Below are positions 1-8,692 of a stretch of DNA of 30,482 nucleotides, piece by piece. Under the pieces are notes generated by a model. The model was given only the letters and a program-made list of their open reading frames with translations. It was not told the DNA's origin and ran no database searches. The stretch comes from a virus (lineage: Duplodnaviria; Caudoviricetes). The stretch spans positions 1 to 30,482 of IMG/VR virus record IMGVR_UViG_3300025416_000029; one strand, given 5' to 3'. How positions within the stretch are numbered: the first letter of the stretch is position 1; every line of letters begins with the position of its first letter. The position numbers and the translations under genes were made by a program.

Positions 1-210
1 GTTCTTAATGGGGGGGGGTAATGTTAAACCTGTCGCACATTAAACGGCCTAATGACAACCGCTTTTAACCATATATGGGACCCAGATCTGAGGAAAAGAT
101 GCTCTGAAAAAAACGGGCGGGGGGCCCTGGCCATTTTCTGAAAGGTTGGGGTTTTAAAGGTTCTAGTAGAGCGCACTAGGGATTGTAAGTGCCGATTTCT
201 AAGGAACGCT

Positions 211-564
211 ATGAGCTGGATACCTGACATGTGGCGGAAGACCGCCAGGCCTGAAATAAACTTTAATATCGGCGGTGAGCCGGAAGAGCCTGAGGACATG
301 AGCCATCAGGACTTTTACACGGCTTGGGGTTACCACCCAGTAACAGCAGCAGAAATGCAAGAACAAATGCTACGCCACATCCAACAAGCTATTCAGCACC
401 AGCGCACACTGAATGCAATAGGCCACACACTGAAACAAATAGACAATTTGCCAGTGGCTACCACAGAAGAGCTGCAGGCCGCCTATCCCCATGCTCGCAC
501 CGACAAACTGGGCAGCCGTTGGAGCTCACGCTACACCAGTGAGAGCCAGATCACTAACCCGTAG
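211..564 (+). CDS. Hypothetical protein (117 aa) with WRKTA near the N-terminus and WSSRYT near the C-terminus
   Basis: ATG-start ORF on the coding strand; carries variants of the recurring tag. Confidence 0.55.
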   Translation: MSWIPDMWRKTARPEINFNIGGEPEEPEDMSHQDFYTAWGYHPVTAAEMQEQMLRHIQQAIQHQRTLNAIGHTLKQIDNLPVATTEELQAAYPHARTDKLGSRWSSRYTSESQITNP

Positions 565-726
565 GGGTTTTACCCCAACAACAGGGAGTGTTGACAGTTC
601 GGCGCAAGGTTCAGGCGAACAGCGCACCCTGTGGAAATTTTTTTCACGGCCCCGTGGGCCTATGGGCTGTAAAAAGCTGCTGTAATTGCACAAGTTATTA
701 GGAGTATAACGCACGACAGGTACCTG

Positions 727-2181
727 ATGACAAAGTTTAATAGCAAAACAGCTCTATCCACTGGCAGCAGGTTTAACAGCCGTCTGGCCAGTGACCTGGA
801 GAGTTTTACTCGTAAAGATCTGGACGATAACGTTAACGGCGTTCAGCTGTTGCAGTCTCCCACCGGTCAATTTGGACTGCGTGGTAACCCCTATAATCCC
901 GGTGACCTGATCACTCAGATCCCCAGAATGATTGCCACAGAGCATCAGGACCATCTGCACCAGACCGGTCAGGCTCCAGATGAAGAAGCGGTCAAGTATC
1001 TGGGATTTACCGGTGAACGAGACCCCGACACCGGCAAGCATGCTTTTGATGTGAACAAGGGTCTGCTGGTACACCTGCCAGCACTACACGAGTATCTTAC
1101 CCAGCCTTTCCGCCACCGTGACCGAACCGATGAACACGGTCAATCCATCCCGTTTGGCGCTCAGGACGCCAGTGTAGCACACTGGTTCAGAAACCCACAA
1201 CTCTGGATTGGCAGGCACCCAGAGCACAATTTTGATATGAGTGCCGGTTCATACCGTCATCCCGGCGACACCAGTGTGGAATCGGCATTCATGAGCCGCC
1301 TGCTTGACCCAGAAGAGCACATCTCCATGATGCATCACTACCATATTGATGCCCTGATGAGAGAGATCGCCAGTAGTAATATTACCCCCAGCACCATTGG
1401 CAGACGCTACCACTCCGCCAGCAGTGCACTCAGTCACTTCTTTGAGCCCAAGCCGGTGTTCCAAAGTGGACAGCATGTTGGCTGGGAGCCTCACAACGCC
1501 AGCAGTGAAGACCCTTTTATGCGTAACAGTGTTCCGCTGCACTATGCAGTAGAAAGAACCCTGGCAAATATCTATGAAGCACACGACCCCAGTGTGCACC
1601 CTAGCAGAGTTACCAGCAACTTGATGCTGGATGACCGACGAACCAACCCACAGATACACGCCGGGCAGCATGCATGGGACCAACAGTTGTGCAGCTGGGC
1701 ACCCACTGCAAAGATTGTTGTTGATGCATCACCCATCAACATGATAGCACACCAGGGTGATCCCTATTTTATGGCTCGTGACTACCAGCATGTTATGTCT
1801 GCAGCCAACAGTTCCAATGAAAACATCAGAAATCTGGTGAGAAAATACTACGGATCCAACCCAGCGGGCGTTGATGACATTAAATTTGATGATGTAGCCG
1901 ACAGAAGTCGCCTGGCTATTGGTAAATTTGCCTGGGCTCCCTCTTCAGCTCACCCTCATGGTGCTAATCAGGCGGCAATTGCTGATGCAAAACGGCAGTT
2001 TATCATCATGTCTGGCAATAATACCCGTTCAACCAAGCTGTTGTTGCCGTTTGAACAGGATCTTGACAGCAGTACCAGGGAAAGAATCATGCGGATCTGG
2101 AAATCCAGTGGTGAAAGACTGGTCAGACCACCAGGAGCAAGGAATGAAGACGTACCTGCAGTCAAGGACTACCCGTTCTAG
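727..2181 (+). CDS. His-rich hypothetical protein (484 aa) with a doubled N-terminal tag FNSKTA...FNSRLA; candidate internal head protein
   Basis: Long ORF; no recognisable family. Confidence 0.85.
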   Translation: MTKFNSKTALSTGSRFNSRLASDLESFTRKDLDDNVNGVQLLQSPTGQFGLRGNPYNPGDLITQIPRMIATEHQDHLHQTGQAPDEEAVKYLGFTGERDPDTGKHAFDVNKGLLVHLPALHEYLTQPFRHRDRTDEHGQSIPFGAQDASVAHWFRNPQLWIGRHPEHNFDMSAGSYRHPGDTSVESAFMSRLLDPEEHISMMHHYHIDALMREIASSNITPSTIGRRYHSASSALSHFFEPKPVFQSGQHVGWEPHNASSEDPFMRNSVPLHYAVERTLANIYEAHDPSVHPSRVTSNLMLDDRRTNPQIHAGQHAWDQQLCSWAPTAKIVVDASPINMIAHQGDPYFMARDYQHVMSAANSSNENIRNLVRKYYGSNPAGVDDIKFDDVADRSRLAIGKFAWAPSSAHPHGANQAAIADAKRQFIIMSGNNTRSTKLLLPFEQDLDSSTRERIMRIWKSSGERLVRPPGARNEDVPAVKDYPF

Positions 2182-2225
2182 ACTGAGAACTACGGAATAA
2201 TTCACATTTCGTTAACAAAATGAGC

Positions 2226-2255
2226 TTGACAGACGAAAAAATCTGCTTATATTAT
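2226..2255 (+). promoter_or_regulatory. Sigma70/SigA-type promoter
   Basis: TTGACA (2226-2231) with TATATT/TATTAT at 16/18 bp spacing in an AT-rich intergenic gap; AAGGA RBS before ATG 2274. Confidence 0.7.
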
Positions 2256-2273
2256 TAAACATTAAGGATAATC

Positions 2274-2804
2274 ATGCAAAACAAGTGTGATTGCAGCTGT
2301 AAAACCGATAAAAACTGCAAAAAATCAGAAAAAATTGATGTTATCCCTGGGTTTAAGCAGGATTCTGCCCAAAAACCGGCTGAGACCACTCCTGCTCACG
2401 ATCAAAAAGAGACTCACAGCTATACAGCTCACTTTCCAGAGCATGAACCACGAGAAGGAGACCCAAACTATGTCGACTTTAATGCTTATCGCAGAAAAAC
2501 TCATGCGACCGCTCAGTGTGCCGTTGGCCTTCATCATAATGACTTTTCTGAGTGCGCTCTTGACCGGCCACTCGAGCTTCATCACGCTCATATAGAGTTC
2601 GCACTCCAGAATGGAGTGGATCTCAAGTGGTTGGAAGCCGATTATCCCGGTGTGAGTGACCCCGATAGCGTTGGCAAGTGGGTAGAGAGTGCCCAAAACC
2701 TGGTCTGGCTGTGTTTCTTTCATCACCGTGGACATGGTGGTGTGCATGTTGCCAGTGCCAGCGACTATGAAGCAGAAAAATACGTTAGAAAGTTCATCTC
2801 ATGA
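2274..2804 (+). CDS. HNH-like (His-Me finger) protein
   Basis: C...C...LELHHAHIE...NLVWLCFFHHRGHGGVH pattern typical of phage HNH-like proteins. Confidence 0.6.
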   Translation: MQNKCDCSCKTDKNCKKSEKIDVIPGFKQDSAQKPAETTPAHDQKETHSYTAHFPEHEPREGDPNYVDFNAYRRKTHATAQCAVGLHHNDFSECALDRPLELHHAHIEFALQNGVDLKWLEADYPGVSDPDSVGKWVESAQNLVWLCFFHHRGHGGVHVASASDYEAEKYVRKFIS

Positions 2805-2986
2805 ATTGGAATCAGCGTTATGCTGCTACAGCAGAAGACTTGCAAGAAAAGATTCGTGGATTTATGTCAAATAATCCCAACTCTGAACGAGCAGTTAAAA
2901 ATAATCCTGTTGCCAGAAGATGCAAAAGTTGTGACACTCTTGTAGCAGCTAATGAACTTACCGATTATGGCTGTTTGAACTGTTAG
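2801..2986 (+). CDS. Small MNWNxRYA-tagged Zn-ribbon protein (61 aa)
   Basis: Starts MNWNQRYA; CKSC...CLNC; ATGA overlap with the upstream gene. Confidence 0.8.
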   Translation: MNWNQRYAATAEDLQEKIRGFMSNNPNSERAVKNNPVARRCKSCDTLVAANELTDYGCLNC

Positions 2987-2996
2987 GTTGAATGCG

Positions 2997-3332
2997 ATGA
3001 ACTGGAATCACAGATACGCCAGCGAAGATGATGATCGTACCACTCGTGGTCATAATTATCATATACAACAGCATGGCCAATCAATTGGTAGAAATGTAGT
3101 AGCTCTTCAGAATCTAGAGCCAGGACATCCGCTGCATGACCTAGCATCGCTGGCAGAGCAAGCACATGGACAAGCTATCAATGCTCATGGATTAGCAGTA
3201 ACTGCTCATGATACAGATAACCCTAGAGCTTTAATATACAGTGCCAGAGCTATAGCACTATCAGAGGCAGCTGACAGATTACAGGACAGCATAGAAATGA
3301 TGCATCCTGAACACTATATAAAAGTTAGGTAA
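2997..3332 (+). CDS. MNWNxRYA-tagged His/Ala-rich helical protein
   Basis: Start moved from TTG 2988 to ATG 2997, giving MNWNHRYA. Confidence 0.8.
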   Translation: MNWNHRYASEDDDRTTRGHNYHIQQHGQSIGRNVVALQNLEPGHPLHDLASLAEQAHGQAINAHGLAVTAHDTDNPRALIYSARAIALSEAADRLQDSIEMMHPEHYIKVR

Positions 3333-3337
3333 CAATT

Positions 3338-3526
3338 ATGAACTGGAACTCTCGATACGCTGGTGAACGCAGGCGTTGTCAACACTGTGGCAATCTAGAA
3401 CTGCAGTGCAAGTGCGCTGACCCTACAACCAGAGAGAACGCTGAGGCAGAAGCTGATGTCAAGTCAGCGATCCGCCCCAGCTCAACTCATGAATATATCA
3501 ATGGCATCAATGGTTTGATAATATGA
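3338..3526 (+). CDS. Small MNWNxRYA-tagged Zn-ribbon protein (62 aa)
   Basis: Starts MNWNSRYA; CQHC...CKC. Confidence 0.8.
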   Translation: MNWNSRYAGERRRCQHCGNLELQCKCADPTTRENAEAEADVKSAIRPSSTHEYINGINGLII

Positions 3527-3942
3527 ACTGGAACACACGCTATGCCAGCTCTAATGTGAAAAAGCGTGTGCTTGACCAGCTTACTGATGATTTCCCAAAA
3601 GAAGACCTGGACTGGATCAAAAAAGCTGACTGGTCTGGGCCAGTTGAAGTGGATCTTGCAGATATCGATCAGCATAACAGGCATGAATGGGCAGCCAGTC
3701 ATGAACCTGACCGTGTAAAGGCACGCAAGAAGCGCATCAAGAAGGGGAAGGTAATACCAATAGTATTGGTTAAGACTCCCAAGAATAAAAAGTATATTAT
3801 TATTGATGGACATCATAGGTTTATAGCTTATGAGCAGCTAGAACGCAAACCCATCTGCTGGATAGGCAAAGTTGATCGAGAAACTGGGCCGTGGGATACT
3901 TTTCACAACCAACAAGATAAAAAAGAGGCTGAAGACAGATGA
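3523..3942 (+). CDS. MNWNxRYA-tagged ParB/Sulfiredoxin-like domain protein
   Basis: Starts MNWNTRYA; PIVLV...YIIIDGHHRFIAY is the ParB-N/Srx signature. Confidence 0.85.
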   Translation: MNWNTRYASSNVKKRVLDQLTDDFPKEDLDWIKKADWSGPVEVDLADIDQHNRHEWAASHEPDRVKARKKRIKKGKVIPIVLVKTPKNKKYIIIDGHHRFIAYEQLERKPICWIGKVDRETGPWDTFHNQQDKKEAEDR

Positions 3943-4667
3943 CTGACAGGATTCCTGGTAAATTAGGTAAACTGGGTCCGGTTCGCCCGGATGGTCTGCA
4001 CATGCTGGCCTTCTATCAGACGAATCCTCTCCCTGTTGCTCCTGAAAGTGTTGCTGTACCAAATGTAAGTGACTGGCGCATTCTTGCAAATGACAAATAT
4101 GGTGACTGCACCTTTGCTGGTATCGTTCATGCCAGGATGGCTAACAGTGCAGTACTGGGTATTACGGAAAACTGGCCAACAGATGATGAAATAGTGCAGG
4201 CATACCTTGCTTACACCAATGGTCAGGATTCTGGGGCTGTTGAGGTAGATCTGCTCAAATACTGGCAACAAAATGAGCTTTTTGGTAGTAAATTGGCTGC
4301 TTTTGCCCCAACTGACCACGCTGACCTGGATGAACTCAAAAGTGTGATTGCCAGCTATGGTTTTGCATATATTGGCGTTCAACTGCCTGTAACTTATCAG
4401 CAACAGTTCATTAACAACCAACCCTGGGCTCTAACCGGCACTCCTGCCGATCAACAGATCGAAGGAGGCCATTGCGTGATCCTTGCTGGCTACGATGCCA
4501 ACTATGCCTACTGTATTTCTTGGGGTAGGGTGCAACCAATAGCCTGGGACTGGCTAAAAATCTATATGGAAGAGAGCTGGGCTCTTATAACTCCAGAACT
4601 TGTAACTGCTGGAAGCTATGGTCAGATGCGTATTGCTGACCTATACACAGATCTGGAGAAACTCTAA
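3939..4667 (+). CDS. Papain-like (C1-type) cysteine peptidase
   Basis: NDKYGDCTFAG (catalytic Cys), GGHCV (His), ISWG motif. Confidence 0.75.
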   Translation: MTDRIPGKLGKLGPVRPDGLHMLAFYQTNPLPVAPESVAVPNVSDWRILANDKYGDCTFAGIVHARMANSAVLGITENWPTDDEIVQAYLAYTNGQDSGAVEVDLLKYWQQNELFGSKLAAFAPTDHADLDELKSVIASYGFAYIGVQLPVTYQQQFINNQPWALTGTPADQQIEGGHCVILAGYDANYAYCISWGRVQPIAWDWLKIYMEESWALITPELVTAGSYGQMRIADLYTDLEKL

Positions 4668-5851
4668 TGCCAATACCACAGAGAACAGAAGAGTTACTCA
4701 AAGAGGCAGGATTCTGGGGAGATGCCTGGAATGCAGTTAGTGGTGTTGGCAAAGGCATTGTCCAGGGCGTTGAAGGTGCTGGCAAGGTCGTAGGTGATCT
4801 TGCTACCGGTAATATTGGTGCTGCTGAGAGAGCAGGCAGGTCAACATTTAACTCAGTAGGTAAAGATCTGGGACAAGCTGCTCAAGCTGCTGGTAAAGCC
4901 GGTCAAGAAGGCTTGCACGATGTTGGCCAGGCTGCCAAAGCCACTGGCAACTTTGTAAAGAATCACGCCGGTGAAATAGCGCTTGGAGCAGGGCTACTAG
5001 CACTAAATGCCATCCCAGGAGTGGGTGAGGTTGCTGACGCTGCCCTCTTGGCTGATACTGCTGCTACAGCGGCAGAAGCTACAACTGTTGGGGCTGAAGC
5101 AGCTGCCGCAGGAGCTGAAGGAGCAGCCGCAGGAGCTGAAGGAGCTGCTGGAGCTGCTGAAAGTGCAGCAGGTGCAGGAGAAAGCGTTGGTGGCAAAGCT
5201 TTAACCGATGCTGCAACAAAAGGCTTAGAAGATGCTGCAGGAACTCCTCTAAAAAGCTCTTTGGAAAAAGGCTTAGAACGAGCAGGCACAATGACAGAAG
5301 ATAGTTCTAGTGCTGCTAGTGATACCGCTAGTGCCACTAGTAAGGGTACCAGCCTGATGGATAAAGCAAAAAGCTTTATGAAAGGTGTTGGTAAATCCAG
5401 TGAAGAAGCATCAAAACCTGCTACAGGAGACAGTGGGCTCGTAGGCGCAGACGGTAGTCCAATATCATCTACTGCTACTGAAGCTGCTACTGAAGATACC
5501 CAAAGCATGCTAAGCAAAGGTTTGGATATGGCTAAGGGTGTAGCAAAAGCCACTGTACCTGCTGCTGCTGCTGGCCAAATGATGCAGCCAGACACTTCGC
5601 AGATGCAGACAACATTAGATAATATACAAAATGCTGTAACACCACAACCACAGAGCACAATACCTGTACAACCGTTAAGACAGATTGATCTTAACCCAAC
5701 AGGACCTGCTCAAGGTATTCCTGGTGTAGCTGCCACACCAACTCAACAGGCTAATCCACTGGTCATCACTGGTAATAAAATAATGGATCTTGTAGAGGAA
5801 TTTGGACTGTATCCAGAAGATATCAAGCGTAGTTTAACAACATGGGTATAA
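4667..5851 (+). CDS. Ala/Gly-rich protein (394 aa) with an N-terminal amphipathic helix and a hydrophobic segment; candidate ejection/pilot protein
   Basis: GFWGDAWNAVSGVGKGIV; IALGAGLLALNAIPGVGEVADAA; low-complexity A/G/T tract; function is inferred. Confidence 0.75.
   Translation: MPIPQRTEELLKEAGFWGDAWNAVSGVGKGIVQGVEGAGKVVGDLATGNIGAAERAGRSTFNSVGKDLGQAAQAAGKAGQEGLHDVGQAAKATGNFVKNHAGEIALGAGLLALNAIPGVGEVADAALLADTAATAAEATTVGAEAAAAGAEGAAAGAEGAAGAAESAAGAGESVGGKALTDAATKGLEDAAGTPLKSSLEKGLERAGTMTEDSSSAASDTASATSKGTSLMDKAKSFMKGVGKSSEEASKPATGDSGLVGADGSPISSTATEAATEDTQSMLSKGLDMAKGVAKATVPAAAAGQMMQPDTSQMQTTLDNIQNAVTPQPQSTIPVQPLRQIDLNPTGPAQGIPGVAATPTQQANPLVITGNKIMDLVEEFGLYPEDIKRSLTTWV
5102..5145 (+). repeat. 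21-bp-period tandem repeat encoding AAAGAEG
   Basis: gccgcaggagctgaaggagc at 5105 and 5126. Confidence 0.8.
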
Positions 5852-6735
5852 CTAAAAACCATTACGAGTCGCATGAGATACTGATGAGATACGCTACTGA
5901 AACAGGAACTGGCAACCATGGAATGGATGCCGATCTGGATGCCACCGAAGAGGATCTGCTTCCAGGCAGTTCACGAGTTCCTGCTAAAACACTGCTAGCT
6001 AATATATCTACTCAAGATGGTAATCCCACAGAAGTAACTGCACCAACTGGTATATCAACTATAGATGTTACAAAAGAACCTGGTGTTGTAAATAATGAAG
6101 GCCTAAGTAGTGTTAGCCCTGGGTCACTATCTCCAATAATAAATGAAGGAAAAAAAATGAGCTTGTCTGCAAGAATTGCATACGTCATGGAGAACGGTCA
6201 ACCATTTTGCAACCGTTGTGAAGACTACTACCTGCCAACCAGCATTGGTAAGATAGCCTGCACCCGATGTGGTGACCTTGAGCATGTAGAAGGACCAACA
6301 GTGTCAGATGAAGATGCTGGCAAGGATATTATCAAGACCACTCACACAGCTGCGGTAGAATTAAACACAACTGATGATTACATCAATCTTTTCAATACAA
6401 AAATAGCTACAGACAGTGATAACTATTACCGTGGGTATAATGATGCCATGAACGGACAAGAACTGGACGAAGACCTGGCACTGCTTAGTGATGATTACTA
6501 TAACGGTTATGAGCAGTACAAGTTTTATAACAAACCAGCTCAACAGAGCAGCGGACAAAAGTTATATGACATCAAGCCCAACAGCAATCTAATTCCTCGA
6601 AACTGGGATAACGTTCTTACTCCAGAGCGTGCCGATGCAGGGCCACTACAACTTACTGATGGTATTGGCAGAGCAGCAGTGGCTGGCAAGTTGCCTTTCC
6701 CAGTTGATGTAGTTGAAAAATTCTTTGAGGTATAA
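5842..6735 (+). CDS. Modular hypothetical protein: Zn ribbon plus YYxGY repeats
   Basis: CNRC...CTRC; DNYYRGYND and DDYYNGYEQ. Confidence 0.85.
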   Translation: MGITKNHYESHEILMRYATETGTGNHGMDADLDATEEDLLPGSSRVPAKTLLANISTQDGNPTEVTAPTGISTIDVTKEPGVVNNEGLSSVSPGSLSPIINEGKKMSLSARIAYVMENGQPFCNRCEDYYLPTSIGKIACTRCGDLEHVEGPTVSDEDAGKDIIKTTHTAAVELNTTDDYINLFNTKIATDSDNYYRGYNDAMNGQELDEDLALLSDDYYNGYEQYKFYNKPAQQSSGQKLYDIKPNSNLIPRNWDNVLTPERADAGPLQLTDGIGRAAVAGKLPFPVDVVEKFFEV

Positions 6736-6737
6736 TA

Positions 6738-7427
6738 ATGAGTAATTGTCCTGTCTGTGATGATGGCAATCTGATTACAAAGATCAGTAGCGCTGGCGAA
6801 GAAACTTTCTGTGAAAAGTGTCGTCGTATCATTATTAGTGCTACTCTTGGCTTTAAATTTGCTGCTGGTGGTGATGAAGGCGTAGAAGAGTGCAAGGGTC
6901 CAGATACAGACCCACGTCCAGGCTACAAAGGCCCTGGAGCACGTGCTAAGTGTCATCTTTATGACCCAGGTGATGATAAGCAAAAAGATACTGCTTATCA
7001 GAGAGCAAAAAATTCTGCCTACAGCTCACAGCACCGCAAGGGAGCATCAAAGATAATCAATGCCACCAGTGGCTTTACTCTGAATGATCCTGGATATAAT
7101 TTGATTGGTCAGCCCAGAGAAGGCACTGGTTCACCAGCCACACTCCAGAGTGGATCTGGAGGGCCAACGCAGGCAGCAGAGCATGGCTCCATGAACAGAA
7201 AAGAAAGCCCTGTTGAAGCTACAGCCCCTGGTGGAGTACAACCCAACAGCAACCAGAATGCTAACTCGCTGGGTAGTGGCACAACAGCTGGCAAGTCAGT
7301 ACTAGCACTGCTTCAAGAACTTGATCCAAACAGTCGTGAACTCGGTGACTATATGGGTGAACCACTCTGCACTATTTGTGATTCACGGCATCATGGCCCA
7401 TGTAAAACATCAACCAAACCGTATTAG
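6738..7427 (+). CDS. Hypothetical protein with N- and C-terminal Zn fingers
   Basis: CPVC...CEKC; CTIC...HHGPC; GAGG RBS. Confidence 0.85.
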   Translation: MSNCPVCDDGNLITKISSAGEETFCEKCRRIIISATLGFKFAAGGDEGVEECKGPDTDPRPGYKGPGARAKCHLYDPGDDKQKDTAYQRAKNSAYSSQHRKGASKIINATSGFTLNDPGYNLIGQPREGTGSPATLQSGSGGPTQAAEHGSMNRKESPVEATAPGGVQPNSNQNANSLGSGTTAGKSVLALLQELDPNSRELGDYMGEPLCTICDSRHHGPCKTSTKPY

Positions 7428-7452
7428 TAACTAGTAACAGAAAGAATGTACT

Positions 7453-8163
7453 ATGACATACGAGAGCTTTGAATCACAAATAAGAACAGCTGCATCGAAC
7501 ACCTCATGGTTCAATGGCACATCAGAAAGCATCTTTAACAGGCTAGACCTGTTGGAAGAGCTGTTGGGCAAGGCACGCACTGCTGCAAGCAACCCAAATG
7601 TTAATGACGGTGACCTAGAACGTTTTGCTAGCACAATCACTGAGTTGGCCACAGAAAAAGAGCAGTTGGAAAAGCTGGCTAGTGAATATGTTGATTTTGA
7701 TGTTGAAGACTATCTGAACAGCTTGCCAGGTGGGACAGTTGCTAAAGAGTACAGGCTTAGCAGTGCTGGTACATACGACATTGGTGAAGATGATGGTAGT
7801 CTGTTGTTCAAAACAGCATCCGCTGTTCAGTCTGAGTACGATGACGCTGACTGGATTAACTTTGTAACAGCTGGTGCTGAGCTATGGACTGAGGATCAGT
7901 CGCATCACCTGTTGGACAGCCAGTTAAATACCAGAGAAGCAGCTGTTTTCTATGTAGAAAAGAAAACCCTTCCCATCCTGGATGTAACCAAGCGTGCTGC
8001 CATCATTGATAACTTTGTTGACAATGTAGAGATCTGTCGTCGCACAAAAGTAGCTGGGAACAGCTTTCGTTCAGCAAAAACCGCTAGTGCTAGCAAGCTC
8101 AAGACAAGTTTTATAGACGATGCCCTTGAAGACTCGTTTGGGGACAGTGTAAACTGGTTCTGA
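7453..8163 (+). CDS. Hypothetical helical protein, likely head-associated
   Basis: 236 aa; repeated RTAAS/KLAS/KTAS motifs. Confidence 0.85.
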   Translation: MTYESFESQIRTAASNTSWFNGTSESIFNRLDLLEELLGKARTAASNPNVNDGDLERFASTITELATEKEQLEKLASEYVDFDVEDYLNSLPGGTVAKEYRLSSAGTYDIGEDDGSLLFKTASAVQSEYDDADWINFVTAGAELWTEDQSHHLLDSQLNTREAAVFYVEKKTLPILDVTKRAAIIDNFVDNVEICRRTKVAGNSFRSAKTASASKLKTSFIDDALEDSFGDSVNWF

Positions 8164-8164
8164 T

Positions 8165-8692
8165 ATGTCTGAACTTGAAAAACTAGATGTCTCCAGCCTC
8201 AAGCAGTTTAGATTTGTTGGGTCTATCGAGCAAGAGCCAGTAGAGCAGGATGACAACACTGATCTAACCGGTGCTCTACAAAAACTGCTAGCTGATGTAG
8301 CTACGTTCTATCATGTTGTGCATGAGGCTCACTGGAACGTAACTGGTAATGATTTTTATCAGTACCACAAATTCTTTGACGAGATCGTTAGTGACGTGTA
8401 TGATAGCATTGATCCTATTGCGGAAAATATCCGTAAGCTTGGAGCAAAGCCAGCATACAGAATGTCAGAACTGTTCAAGCAAGCAACACTACCAGATAAT
8501 GATATAAAAACAGATAATGCAGTAGCACTAGCAGCTACTCTGGGTAGTTTGAATAAAAAAATTATTGATATACTTAAATCTACGTTTGATAAAGCTAATA
8601 GTGTTAATGAACAAGGCGTAGCTAACTTTATTGCTGAGCGTATTGATTCACACCAAAAGTGGCAGTGGTTCTTAGAGGCGTCAGCGGGATGA
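8165..8692 (+). CDS. dps: Dps family ferritin-like DNA protection protein
   Basis: HEAHWNVTGNDFYQYHKFFDE...DSIDPIAENIRKLG ferroxidase signature; C-terminal HQKWQWFL. Confidence 0.92.
   Translation: MSELEKLDVSSLKQFRFVGSIEQEPVEQDDNTDLTGALQKLLADVATFYHVVHEAHWNVTGNDFYQYHKFFDEIVSDVYDSIDPIAENIRKLGAKPAYRMSELFKQATLPDNDIKTDNAVALAATLGSLNKKIIDILKSTFDKANSVNEQGVANFIAERIDSHQKWQWFLEASAG

Larger units (their letters stand above)
2801..3546 (+). repeat. Four dispersed 24-nt start repeats encoding MNWNxRYA (2801, 2997, 3338, 3523)
   Basis: atgaattggaatcagcgttatgct / atgaactggaatcacagatacgcc / atgaactggaactctcgatacgct / atgaactggaacacacgctatgcc. Confidence 0.9.

Noticed and set aside
591-625. TTGACA promoter
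   Set aside because: No -10 element at a suitable spacing
2801-3546. CRISPR array, integron attC or DGR interpretation of the start repeats
   Set aside because: The repeats vary at synonymous positions, are not palindromic, and are spaced by whole ORFs; no cas, integrase or reverse transcriptase in the window
4963-5658. 231-aa antisense Ala-rich ORF and other minus-strand ORFs
   Set aside because: Mirror low-complexity or biased + strand genes; the + strand is already fully tiled
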